64,000 nucleotides of DNA from Candidatus Hodarchaeota archaeon (lineage in GTDB: Archaea > Asgardarchaeota > Heimdallarchaeia > Hodarchaeales > Hodarchaeaceae), in assembly GCA_016840035.1 (NCBI GenBank), contig JAEOTC010000038.1:32001-96000 (forward strand). Reading direction: 5' to 3'. Numbering within the stretch: the first letter of the stretch is position 1; the number at the start of each line of letters is the position of its first letter. Position numbers and translations under genes: made by a program. Below the pieces are notes generated by a model. It made no database searches, had not been told where the DNA came from, and was given only the letters and a program-made list of their open reading frames with translations. This document shows positions 11,032 to 19,732 of the stretch, one piece after another.

Positions 11032-11170
11032 ATGTTTAGAATAAGAATACAACAATTAAGATATTTAATTGTTGAAAATCAAATCCTTCATTAATTCACT
11101 ATCGAATAGAAAATCACAAATAGGAGAGAGTAGATGTGAAATACGCTTCCTTTTGAGGGATGAGATAAAC

Positions 11171-12142
11171 ATGAATGATATAGAATTGCTGCTAGTTTTT
11201 GGTATTACAATACTCATTTCGTCAGGAATTACCTTTTTTATCCTCAGGTATTTCTTTGCTACACGACTGAAAGGTATAGAAAAATCATCTGATACAATCT
11301 CTAAAATATCTGAGGGAATGGTTCAACAATCTAATAGCTTCATTGATCTAATGAAAAACAGTCTTAATACGCTACAGACGGACGTAATGGGACAATTAAA
11401 AGAATTACGGGAAATGTCTCGGGATCTTCAGACTACTCAAAAAGATACTCAGAGCTCTTTCGAAAAATTTGTCAGTTTAGTACGTATGCGTCCCCAAACA
11501 AAAGGCGAAGTAGGAGAAGGTATCGTACGTTGGGTATTAAGTTCATTACCAGCAAATTCATGGAAAGAGCAAGTAACAATCTCCGGAGGACGGGTAGATT
11601 TTATAGTATATTTACCACCAGATCAAGAAAAAGTTCTCATTGATTCAAAATTTAGCTTTCCAACAGAATTATTAGAATCCGATAATCTAGTTGCTGCTGA
11701 CCAACAAACCATCAACAAAATTAATCGAGGGATAATCAAGAGAAGTAAAGAACTCGAGAAATATTTAGTCCCAGAGAATACAAATATCGGTTTTTTACTC
11801 ATGTACATTCCAGATATACTATTTTCCTACCTATCTGATACCACATTTAAAGAATTGACAGGGAAGAAAATTATTCCAGTTAATGTGTCAGGTCTTTTAT
11901 CAACTTTATTGATAATTTCCCGTCAAATTCAAGTATTTCGAATTGGCGAGGCTATTTCGCGTTTAGAATCAATCAAAACAACTTTCGACAGTGAAATTGA
12001 TGCTATTCAGAAGATAACTAAAACAAGTAAAGGTCAACTTCAGAAAGCACTCACAAACGTCGAAAAAATCGATGTTCAACTTGATTCCACTCGACGGAAG
12101 ATTTTTAGAGAGTTTGGATTAATTGAAGAAGAGAGTACTTAG
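11171..12142 (+). CDS. RmuC-family DNA recombination protein (TM, coiled coil, PD-(D/E)xK nuclease)
   Basis: N-terminal TM, coiled coil, KGEVGE...RVDFIVYLP...IDSKF and LMYIP motifs; ATG at 11171 chosen. Confidence 0.8.
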   Translation: MNDIELLLVFGITILISSGITFFILRYFFATRLKGIEKSSDTISKISEGMVQQSNSFIDLMKNSLNTLQTDVMGQLKELREMSRDLQTTQKDTQSSFEKFVSLVRMRPQTKGEVGEGIVRWVLSSLPANSWKEQVTISGGRVDFIVYLPPDQEKVLIDSKFSFPTELLESDNLVAADQQTINKINRGIIKRSKELEKYLVPENTNIGFLLMYIPDILFSYLSDTTFKELTGKKIIPVNVSGLLSTLLIISRQIQVFRIGEAISRLESIKTTFDSEIDAIQKITKTSKGQLQKALTNVEKIDVQLDSTRRKIFREFGLIEEEST

Positions 12143-12159
12143 GATTAAAGAGAAGGCTG

Positions 12160-12957
12160 GTGAATTTAATGAGTAATTTGAAAGATAAATCAAAAATTTG
12201 TCCATATTATCAAAAACCATGCTTATTAGAGAAGTGTCTTGCCTACAGTGGTGAGACTTGCCTAATTATTCCTTTGGGGAGATTAGAAAGGGAAACTACT
12301 ACAAAAGTGCCTGTAATCCTCAAGACTAAATCCATAAAAGAATTAGCAGAAAAACTTGCTGATTATTATTTGGAAAAATATCCCGATGGAGAAAATTATC
12401 GATATACTGACACTTCCCTTTTCTGGAGCAATAGAATTGGAGTGAAAGAAATCTATAACCTCCCTTCGGACATCCAAGAAAAGATTCAAGATGTGGAAAG
12501 ACTTGCAGAGGACATAACAGAAGATAGGAAAATCCCCGAAGAATTAAAGAGCCAAAAACCTGAGAAGATAGCAGAAAACATGGTCAAATGGGCAGAAAAA
12601 AATTTTGATATCACTAGATATGTATATTTTAGAAAATACTGGGGATCCAAAGGATTGCCCGAATCTTATTATTTTTCAGATAGATATCGGCCGAAAGCTG
12701 AAAAATGTGAGTTACTGGCTGAACAAAAATTAGAGGAAATTCGTGAAAAGAGAAAGAAGGAGAAAAAAGAGAAAGAGAAACAGCAAGCATTAGCTGAAAT
12801 CGATAATATCATTAAATGGTTAAAAGAGAAACGGTTGGTGAAGCTCTCAAAAGCGAATTTAAAGCTTTATTTTTCTGAAATAGGTATGAAGGTCTCTCCC
12901 ACTAATCGTCAGAATGTATACATAAGGGTAAATGAAATTTTAAAACAAGAAAAATAG
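12160..12957 (+). CDS. Hypothetical protein (Cys-rich N-terminus, two similar helical repeats)
   Basis: 265-aa ORF; CPYYQKPC...C...C; internally similar segments ending in FW/YW. Confidence 0.65.
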   Translation: MNLMSNLKDKSKICPYYQKPCLLEKCLAYSGETCLIIPLGRLERETTTKVPVILKTKSIKELAEKLADYYLEKYPDGENYRYTDTSLFWSNRIGVKEIYNLPSDIQEKIQDVERLAEDITEDRKIPEELKSQKPEKIAENMVKWAEKNFDITRYVYFRKYWGSKGLPESYYFSDRYRPKAEKCELLAEQKLEEIREKRKKEKKEKEKQQALAEIDNIIKWLKEKRLVKLSKANLKLYFSEIGMKVSPTNRQNVYIRVNEILKQEK

Positions 12958-13013
12958 GGGGCTAAGTGATAAAAGTGATAGACCTAGAAATTTATAGCGA
13001 TGGAGGGTATTAA

Positions 13014-13874
13014 TTGAGGAAAACTCGAAATAAGAGAAGTACAAGTTTACTATTAATTTATATTGCCATCAATCTTGGTTTAATTCTCCCAATGGGAGTA
13101 TCAAACGCACTAACCACGAATAGAACACAGAATGAATATACACGAACATTTACTTGTAATAAAGACGCGTATGTAGACTCTTCGAACCCAACTTCAAACT
13201 ATGCTAATGCAGATTTAGAGGTTTCAAACTCATCATATCGAGCAAGACGTTCTTATCTATCCTTCGAAATTCAAGACCTACCTTCAGATGCTGATATAAA
13301 AGAGGTAACATTCGGATTAAGCGTGAAATTCTTGCCTTATGATGACCATACCGTTCCATTAGATATTTGGAAAACAACTTACTTTGATGAAGATATCGTT
13401 ACTTGGGAAAATTGTCCTCAAAGAACTGTTCTCATGATACAAGTCGATATTGCTGAAAATAAACGCTGGAGCATTCCACTGGAAAACCATGGCATTACTG
13501 GAAATTTAAATCTCTATATTTGCTTATCCACCGATCTCGACAACTCTGCACCCATTACATTCGATTCTAGAGATGATATGTGGAATCCACCAAGAGTAGC
13601 AGTTACTTTCGAAGCATTATCCATCGATGAAAGTCCAAATGGAACAGTAGACTTAGTGATATTCCTAATTTTACTTGGTCCAATTGGAGGAATTGGATTA
13701 GCAATATTTCTAATGGTGAGAAAATCAAATAAGAGAAAAACAAGTTTTAGTATTGTATATCAAGAACCGAGAATTTCTCAAAAATCCGTAACTATAGACC
13801 AATTTTGTGGCCAATGCGGTGCTCCTCTGGATTCGACGAATGTTTTCTGTCCGTCCTGTGGGAAGAAACAGTGA
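13014..13874 (+). CDS. DNRLRE/CBM96-like exported domain with TM and cytoplasmic zinc ribbon
   Basis: Signal peptide, DAYVDSSNPTSNY...RRSYLSF...VTWEN...FDSRD pattern, TM, FCGQCG...FCPSCG. Confidence 0.7.
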   Translation: MRKTRNKRSTSLLLIYIAINLGLILPMGVSNALTTNRTQNEYTRTFTCNKDAYVDSSNPTSNYANADLEVSNSSYRARRSYLSFEIQDLPSDADIKEVTFGLSVKFLPYDDHTVPLDIWKTTYFDEDIVTWENCPQRTVLMIQVDIAENKRWSIPLENHGITGNLNLYICLSTDLDNSAPITFDSRDDMWNPPRVAVTFEALSIDESPNGTVDLVIFLILLGPIGGIGLAIFLMVRKSNKRKTSFSIVYQEPRISQKSVTIDQFCGQCGAPLDSTNVFCPSCGKKQ

Positions 13875-13914
13875 GGATATACTTCTTCGTGAGAAGTTAA
13901 AACTGGGTGAAATT

Positions 13915-15036
13915 TTGAATAGAACTAATCTCATGAAACTATTTCAGCTCGAGGATAACCAGGAAATTTTTGATTTAGCCCTTACTCCAAAATCGTGTGG
14001 TGGAGGTGACGAATTCAAACTTTTAGCCCTTTATGGGGATAAAATCATTGACTTAGCTCTGATCATTGATTTTTCAAATCAAGGATTCACAAATACGGGA
14101 GTAATCTCACCTGCTATTGATAGCTTTCATAATGAAGATGCTCTCAACGCACTAGGAAGATATCTAGAAATCGATCATTTGATGAATCCACTTGATAAAT
14201 CCAAACCGATCTCAGATGGTGATGTGAAAGAAGGAGTAGAAGCTCTTATAGGAGCAGCATATCAAAAACATGGATTAACCACATGTATCAAAATTGTTCA
14301 ACGTCTATACGAACAATCGGAATCTTTTTCTACAAAACCGGGAGAGGAAAAAGCTACTATCCTGACGGAAAACTTGGTAGGGATGTTACAAGAGTGGTTA
14401 GCAAGCCAAGGCCTTGGAATACCTGTTTATGAAGGGATACGAGTTGGAGGAACTAATGACAATCCATTATGGAGATGTCAAGTTTCATTTGAATATCATG
14501 GAGAAAAAGTCAAGGAGAAAAGTGATATTTTTTCCAATAAAAGACTCGCTAAGAAGAATGCAGCCCAGAAAGCATTGGTTGCATTAGGAATAAGGAAAGA
14601 TAATGTAAGCAGAGTTTTTGGGTCGATTCAGGAGGTGAAAATTCCTGAAACAGCAACTCAATCTCTCCAAGAACGAGAAATTCTCTTTACCAAAGGAGGG
14701 AGGGGAGGGCATTTTATCACAGGAGAGATACAACTAACAACTCAAACGGGTGAAACTGTCTTAGAATGGGCAGAAAAGAAGATAAAAAAGAATCCTTATG
14801 GAAGCTTGATTCTCCTAAGTGCACGTTTAGAGGAAATAAGTGGATCTTCTTGGTCAACTTCCTTGGAGGATCAGGAGCTAATTCTACTAAATATTGTTAT
14901 TGAAGACATGCCCTATTTTGAAATAGGAAAAGGAAAGTCAAAAACAAAAGCTAGAAAAGATGCTGCGCAAAAAATAATAAGATCATCTAATCTTATCAAA
15001 TGGATTGCTCAAAAATATTCAACCATACTAATCTGA
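13915..15036 (+). CDS. Ribonuclease III-family protein with dsRNA-binding domains
   Basis: LALYGDKII and VEALIGAAY RNase III motifs; dsRBD LQEWLASQG...KRLAKKNAAQKAL; second dsRBD-like GKGKSKTKARKDAAQK; TTG start after GGTGA. Confidence 0.8.
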   Translation: MNRTNLMKLFQLEDNQEIFDLALTPKSCGGGDEFKLLALYGDKIIDLALIIDFSNQGFTNTGVISPAIDSFHNEDALNALGRYLEIDHLMNPLDKSKPISDGDVKEGVEALIGAAYQKHGLTTCIKIVQRLYEQSESFSTKPGEEKATILTENLVGMLQEWLASQGLGIPVYEGIRVGGTNDNPLWRCQVSFEYHGEKVKEKSDIFSNKRLAKKNAAQKALVALGIRKDNVSRVFGSIQEVKIPETATQSLQEREILFTKGGRGGHFITGEIQLTTQTGETVLEWAEKKIKKNPYGSLILLSARLEEISGSSWSTSLEDQELILLNIVIEDMPYFEIGKGKSKTKARKDAAQKIIRSSNLIKWIAQKYSTILI

Positions 15037-15050
15037 AAATGTAAAAATTA

Positions 15051-15114
15051 AGGAGATACCATTTGATTGGTAATTTTCATACTAAACTTATGTATGAGCC
15101 CTTTGTAGCGATTT
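15051..15114 (-). repeat. tfb 3'-end copy 5, heavily decayed (NRYKGLIHKFSMKITNQ)
   Basis: GGAGATACC...GGTAATTT...ACTAAACTT...CTTTGTAGCGATTT is colinear with 21979-22042 without gaps; stop lost. Confidence 0.8.
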
Positions 15115-15374
15115 ACCAAGTAACTCCAATCACTGTTACTCGTTTAAGTCAGAAGGGTACAATATTTTCTTCCTGTGTGGAGAAACAATGGAAGATAAAA
15201 AAGTAAATAGCAATTAGCAAAAAAGGGAGAATTCTGTTGAGAATGTGGAAATTATGTTTTAAGATGGAGTTGAAGTAATCGCAAACAGAGAAGACCAGTT
15301 TAAGGGAGAAATATATTGATCCGTTTCCCGTACTCTTAGCATTAAGCATTCTACTAATTGTTATATATATAATA

Positions 15375-16115
15375 ATGCTAATTAATCCTTCAATTTATGA
15401 TCTACTAGAAATGAACAGATCAAATCCCTTTAGTATATTAACTAGTCTATTAATCCATGATCTAGATAATTCAGCACATTTAAGCGTGAATTTGGGGGCA
15501 TTATGGATTTTTGGTTATATTGTAAATATCCAGACAAATCGATTTCGAATGCTAATAACTTTCTTCGTATGTGGTGTATTAGCAAATATATCTACGGTGA
15601 TTTTTTCAGATTTAATAAACCACCTATTTTCTACTACATTCACAAATTGGGCTGTTTCTTCTAGACATTGGATCGGAGAGAATTTACGTGTTGTTCCATC
15701 ACCAAACGGAGGAGGAGCTTCAGACGGATTGATGGGGCTAGGAGGATTTGCTCTCGCTTTAGCTATTGACTTTTTAATTATTAATTTACATGAAGCTTAT
15801 AGAATCAGCCGTAATTCAACCAATAAATACCTAATAATACTAATTGATCGTCTGAATCAGTCAATTGTGGATACCTGTGTAAATTGTGTTGGGATTCTAG
15901 GAATTTTAGTTCTTTGGGCAGGATTAATTATGGATCTTGAAATGTTTTATTATGTTTTAACTTTTAATTACGCAGCAGCAAACGGAGAACTGTTATCTTA
16001 CCCGACATCAGACGGGCATCCGTTACTAGCCCATGCTTTTGGAGGATTGATAGGATTTATCATCGGGATCTATTATACTCGGTTCTTTCAAAAGGGGATA
16101 AGAAACTCCAATTGA
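15375..16115 (+). CDS. Rhomboid-family intramembrane serine protease
   Basis: HLSVN, GASDG (catalytic Ser), AHAFGGLIG (catalytic His); first TM lies upstream, behind an in-frame TAA at 15276. Confidence 0.8.
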   Translation: MLINPSIYDLLEMNRSNPFSILTSLLIHDLDNSAHLSVNLGALWIFGYIVNIQTNRFRMLITFFVCGVLANISTVIFSDLINHLFSTTFTNWAVSSRHWIGENLRVVPSPNGGGASDGLMGLGGFALALAIDFLIINLHEAYRISRNSTNKYLIILIDRLNQSIVDTCVNCVGILGILVLWAGLIMDLEMFYYVLTFNYAAANGELLSYPTSDGHPLLAHAFGGLIGFIIGIYYTRFFQKGIRNSN

Positions 16116-16185
16116 CATGAGAGTGAAATACAAACAAGAAAAAGATGAGGGGAATACTTTACTTTGGAAAGACTTCCAATCAAAC

Positions 16186-18042
16186 TCAGAAGGATTGGAA
16201 TCGGTTCCTTAAGACTGCACGAAGGTTTCTGAAAGAGCGAAACAGCTGCAAATTCGGAAGATGATGTTGATTGAACATGGCACGATTATCAAGAATTAAC
16301 CCTGTGGCTTGATCTACTTCAGAGCGAATAGCACGCCCCAAACACTGGCGGACCTGTGTGAAGAGATAGCGTTCTATTAACGTCCATTTAACAAAATGGA
16401 GATGACGATAACGGTTAAAATAGAGTCTATAAAGCAAATTGTACACCGGAGTGGGTGCTGGAAAGGGTAAGCCTATTAAAATCACCATTCGTACACGACT
16501 TCGGCCAGTTTGAGGATCTCGAACTTCGACTCCTTCACTAAACTTCCCGCCATAAACTGCAAGCACCACACTTGGGTCCCCATTCATTAATTCAGAGAGG
16601 AATGTAATCTGACCCTTTCTAGGTTCACGATAGAGAGACAGTTTTTCATTCAAATGCTCTTCTAAAAGTGGAAATAAGTCATCAAGAAACTCATAGGACG
16701 GGACAAAAACCCAGGTATGATCAGGAATTTCAAGTGCGACCTCCTTCACAGTTTTTGCACACCAACGCAGGAACTTCTTTGTACGATTACGATGAGAACT
16801 ACTCACCTGCGGATGAATAAATGCAGCCACAAGTAATTGCTGAATACGCGATTTAGGAGTAGGAACGTGGTGCAAATGGTACATATTCCACGGTTTTTTT
16901 TTTAATCCATAATAATGCGAGTAATATTTGAGATATTGAAAAGTGGCAGAAAACAGCACTGTCCGGGAGAACTGCCGATTCACATATTCAAAGATTTTCG
17001 ATGGATAGGGATCGAGTTGAACTAATCCTTCCTCCGTGTTCACCCAATATCGGCCTTGACGCTCAACAAAAGAGCGCACAGCCAGTAAAGCTTCTAGATC
17101 GAGAGGAGAAAGAGAATATCGAATACCTTTCTGATGAAGGAACGAATCGATTTGAGCTAGATAAGAACGATCAAGAGTTGGGGGACGTTTAACATACCCA
17201 TACTTTCGCTGGCATAGATTTTGCAGAATTTGCACAACAGGAAAAGCTCCGATTGACTCAACCAACGAAAGTTGTTTCCGAGTGACTGTAGCCTCTATTG
17301 TTGGCCCAAAATTGTGAGCTTCATCAATAATAGCGAATCTATGACTCCAACGAAAACCATAATCATGCGCTTTCCAGGTGAATCGAGACAGGGAGCGCTG
17401 GAGAGAGTGAGATTCCAAATATCCCTGCGGGAGTAATATAATATTAGCCTGAGGAAGCAAACGTCGGATGACTTGAGCAGGACAGCCATAGGGAGTGAGA
17501 AGCTCCTGAAAACCGGCAAATGATGAAGGACAGTGCTGGAGGGATATTTGAGGAAGAATCTCTCTTAGAGAGGATAACGGTAAAAAACGAGTTTTTTTCT
17601 TTCGAGGACAATGAAAACAGTCATTTTCAGGAGGTAAAGGACAGAGATCTTTGCTAGCGATCAAAGGAAGTAAGGTTAACTTGTCTGCCGGAGGGTTAGA
17701 GTAATATTCTTTCAGAGTTTTGAGAAACACTGATCTAAGTTGTGCTTTGGTTTTAGAAAAACACCAGAGTTGATATTCACCGGTCTTCATCAGATCCCAG
17801 AAGGCAGAAAACGCGGTGACGGATTTACCAAACCCAGTGTAGGCATTAATCGCAATTCGGGGATAAGCAGCAATTAAAGCTAGGACCTGTGCCTGACCAC
17901 GACGAAAGGAGGGAAAAGGAAAATGCTGGCGAATTTCAGGGGGCAATTCTTCATCCTTGAAAGACGAATGAGCCGCACCTGCTTTAAAAGCATCTGAATA
18001 ATAGATAAAAATTCCCTCAAGAAGGTTTTCCCGTATACACAT
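16186..18042 (-). CDS. Rad3/XPD/DinG-family SF2 helicase
   Basis: Q-motif FRRGQ, AYTGFGKS, Cys cluster, IDEAHN, FSAT, FVPSY, GKFSEGV, GLPFP, QCLGRAIRS; true start may lie inside the ORF. Confidence 0.85.
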   Translation of the reverse strand: MCIRENLLEGIFIYYSDAFKAGAAHSSFKDEELPPEIRQHFPFPSFRRGQAQVLALIAAYPRIAINAYTGFGKSVTAFSAFWDLMKTGEYQLWCFSKTKAQLRSVFLKTLKEYYSNPPADKLTLLPLIASKDLCPLPPENDCFHCPRKKKTRFLPLSSLREILPQISLQHCPSSFAGFQELLTPYGCPAQVIRRLLPQANIILLPQGYLESHSLQRSLSRFTWKAHDYGFRWSHRFAIIDEAHNFGPTIEATVTRKQLSLVESIGAFPVVQILQNLCQRKYGYVKRPPTLDRSYLAQIDSFLHQKGIRYSLSPLDLEALLAVRSFVERQGRYWVNTEEGLVQLDPYPSKIFEYVNRQFSRTVLFSATFQYLKYYSHYYGLKKKPWNMYHLHHVPTPKSRIQQLLVAAFIHPQVSSSHRNRTKKFLRWCAKTVKEVALEIPDHTWVFVPSYEFLDDLFPLLEEHLNEKLSLYREPRKGQITFLSELMNGDPSVVLAVYGGKFSEGVEVRDPQTGRSRVRMVILIGLPFPAPTPVYNLLYRLYFNRYRHLHFVKWTLIERYLFTQVRQCLGRAIRSEVDQATGLILDNRAMFNQHHLPNLQLFRSFRNLRAVLRNRFQSF

Positions 18043-18817
18043 GAGGAGTCAAAGGTTTGGAAGCTTTTTTCTTCCTCTTTTTTGACCGAAATTCTCGAAA
18101 ATAACCCCTGAATTCTACCACTTGATCATAGATCTTGTGTGTCCACGAATTTTGCCAGAAACGAATCCGATGTTCTTTGTGTTTTAATTTCGTAATATAA
18201 CAGAAATAGGGAAAGGCCTCCCAGGGGTGGGTTTGAAGCAACTTATCGAGATCCCCACGAAGAGTAACGAGAAAACCCATCTGTTTAAAGGAAGCGAGGG
18301 TAGCAAAACCCCTCAATCCACTCGGGGGAAGAAAACAGGTATCATATCCGTCAAAAACTAAAGCTGTAAGCATAGGATGTCTAAGAATAGGTTTGAAAAA
18401 TTCACGGTCGAAACTCTTGGCAAATAAAGTGTGTTTATCAATTCGACTTAGATAAGAGGTGGGAAGTTGCTTTTGAGATCGGAAATTAAGGACACGAAGA
18501 ATACGTTGAACCTGATAATCCTCATTGAAATCGTAATACAAAATTTGCCATGGTTTTGGACTGCTCAAGAGGCAGGAGGCAACGAGTTGAGCAAGAAACA
18601 GGCTTTTTCCAGCGTTTTCCGGACCAGCAATGATAATGGGCCATTGCCAGAACCAGCCACCTCGCCATGTTCGATCCAAAGACTGTAAGTACGTAGGGAT
18701 CGGTTTACGTGGAGGAAGGGAACTATCGCACGGAACAGCATGTTTAATAACTTGGGATAACAAATCATCTAAAGACTCGGAGTCATTCCTAGATGAGAGA
18801 GGTTTTTGAGAAACCAA
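18017..18817 (-). CDS. Divergent RecA/RadB (Rad51-paralogue-like) P-loop ATPase
   Basis: IPTYLQSLDRTWRGG, Walker A GPENAGKS, YYDFNE, Walker B LVFDG. Confidence 0.6.
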   Translation of the reverse strand: MVSQKPLSSRNDSESLDDLLSQVIKHAVPCDSSLPPRKPIPTYLQSLDRTWRGGWFWQWPIIIAGPENAGKSLFLAQLVASCLLSSPKPWQILYYDFNEDYQVQRILRVLNFRSQKQLPTSYLSRIDKHTLFAKSFDREFFKPILRHPMLTALVFDGYDTCFLPPSGLRGFATLASFKQMGFLVTLRGDLDKLLQTHPWEAFPYFCYITKLKHKEHRIRFWQNSWTHKIYDQVVEFRGYFREFRSKKRKKKASKPLTPHVYTGKPS

Positions 18818-19732
18818 AAATATACACCTTCCATTTACTAGATATCGGGTTGTCCCCTTTTATATCTGAAAAGATCTAGAAAATTGGAAGAGGACCCAAG
18901 CTCAAGTACTTTTGAATATATAAGGGAGGGGCAGAATCTAGTACGGTTCTCTCTTTAGTACCATTCAGGCAGCTATAGTAGGTGAGAATTGTGAATGACC
19001 ACTCACAATGATCTTCACATACGTAGCGAAAAAGTGCTAGTCGCTAGCATTTGCCTTGCACTTGCTTAAAGAGGCAGGTGGATAAACAAACACGGTTGAA
19101 AACCGATGTTGGCAAGTGAAACACGAGAAAGTAAGAGGAAAACTATCCAGTTATGGCAAACTGGAAAATTTAGTCATATTTTGTTCGTGAATGAACTGGC
19201 CCTGTTTCCTCAGAAGAATCAGGTAGATAAGGTTCAAGAATCAGATCAATTAAACCTGGTTCAAGGTACGGATACGAAAACACAAAGAACGCGGAATCCG
19301 CAAAGACAAACAATAACCCCAATCCAATACCCACCAGTATACCCTCTTCAACTGGGAAATACTGGCCTTGTCGACTCTCCAAGGTGGATCGAGTCACACG
19401 ACAAGCAATTCTTTACGAAGGAAACGAAAACCCCACACGAAGGGAAAATGGAACAATACCCAAAAGAACAACACCAGCGTTTAATAACAAAACAACCATA
19501 TTCGACTTACACTCACGGTCAGGAAGAGACGCGGAAGTGTGTGTCAGTCAAGCGGAGTGTATCCACTCAAAACCATATCCAACTACCACGGGAAAGCATC
19601 CCTCCCAAGGGTGCTAGGCCTCAGAAGAGATGTGTCGTAAGACAGGTCTCTTCTGAGGATCCCACGAATATGGGCCCTTGTCATGGTGACATGACCAGGG
19701 TAGGTAGATACTCTACCCAAGGTGAACTGACG

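Noticed and set aside
10812-11094. Short ORFs spanning tfb copy 4
   Set aside because: They overlap the repeat in non-TFB frames and show no protein features.
7211-15114. CRISPR array or classical attC integron interpretation of the repeats
   Set aside because: Spacing is 0.8-4 kb, the repeats are tfb coding sequence without palindromic attC structure, and no cas or intI gene is present.
18921-18956. Possible sixth tfb 3'-end copy (GGAGG...CTAGTACGGTTCTCTC)
   Set aside because: Only about 14 matching bases with an indel and no continuation into the KELVRKL codons; could be chance.
19106-19732. N-terminal 209 aa of the 702-aa ORF
   Set aside because: Low-complexity and without motifs; a better SD-ATG lies at 19733. 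It may be an incidental open frame, though it is not excluded.
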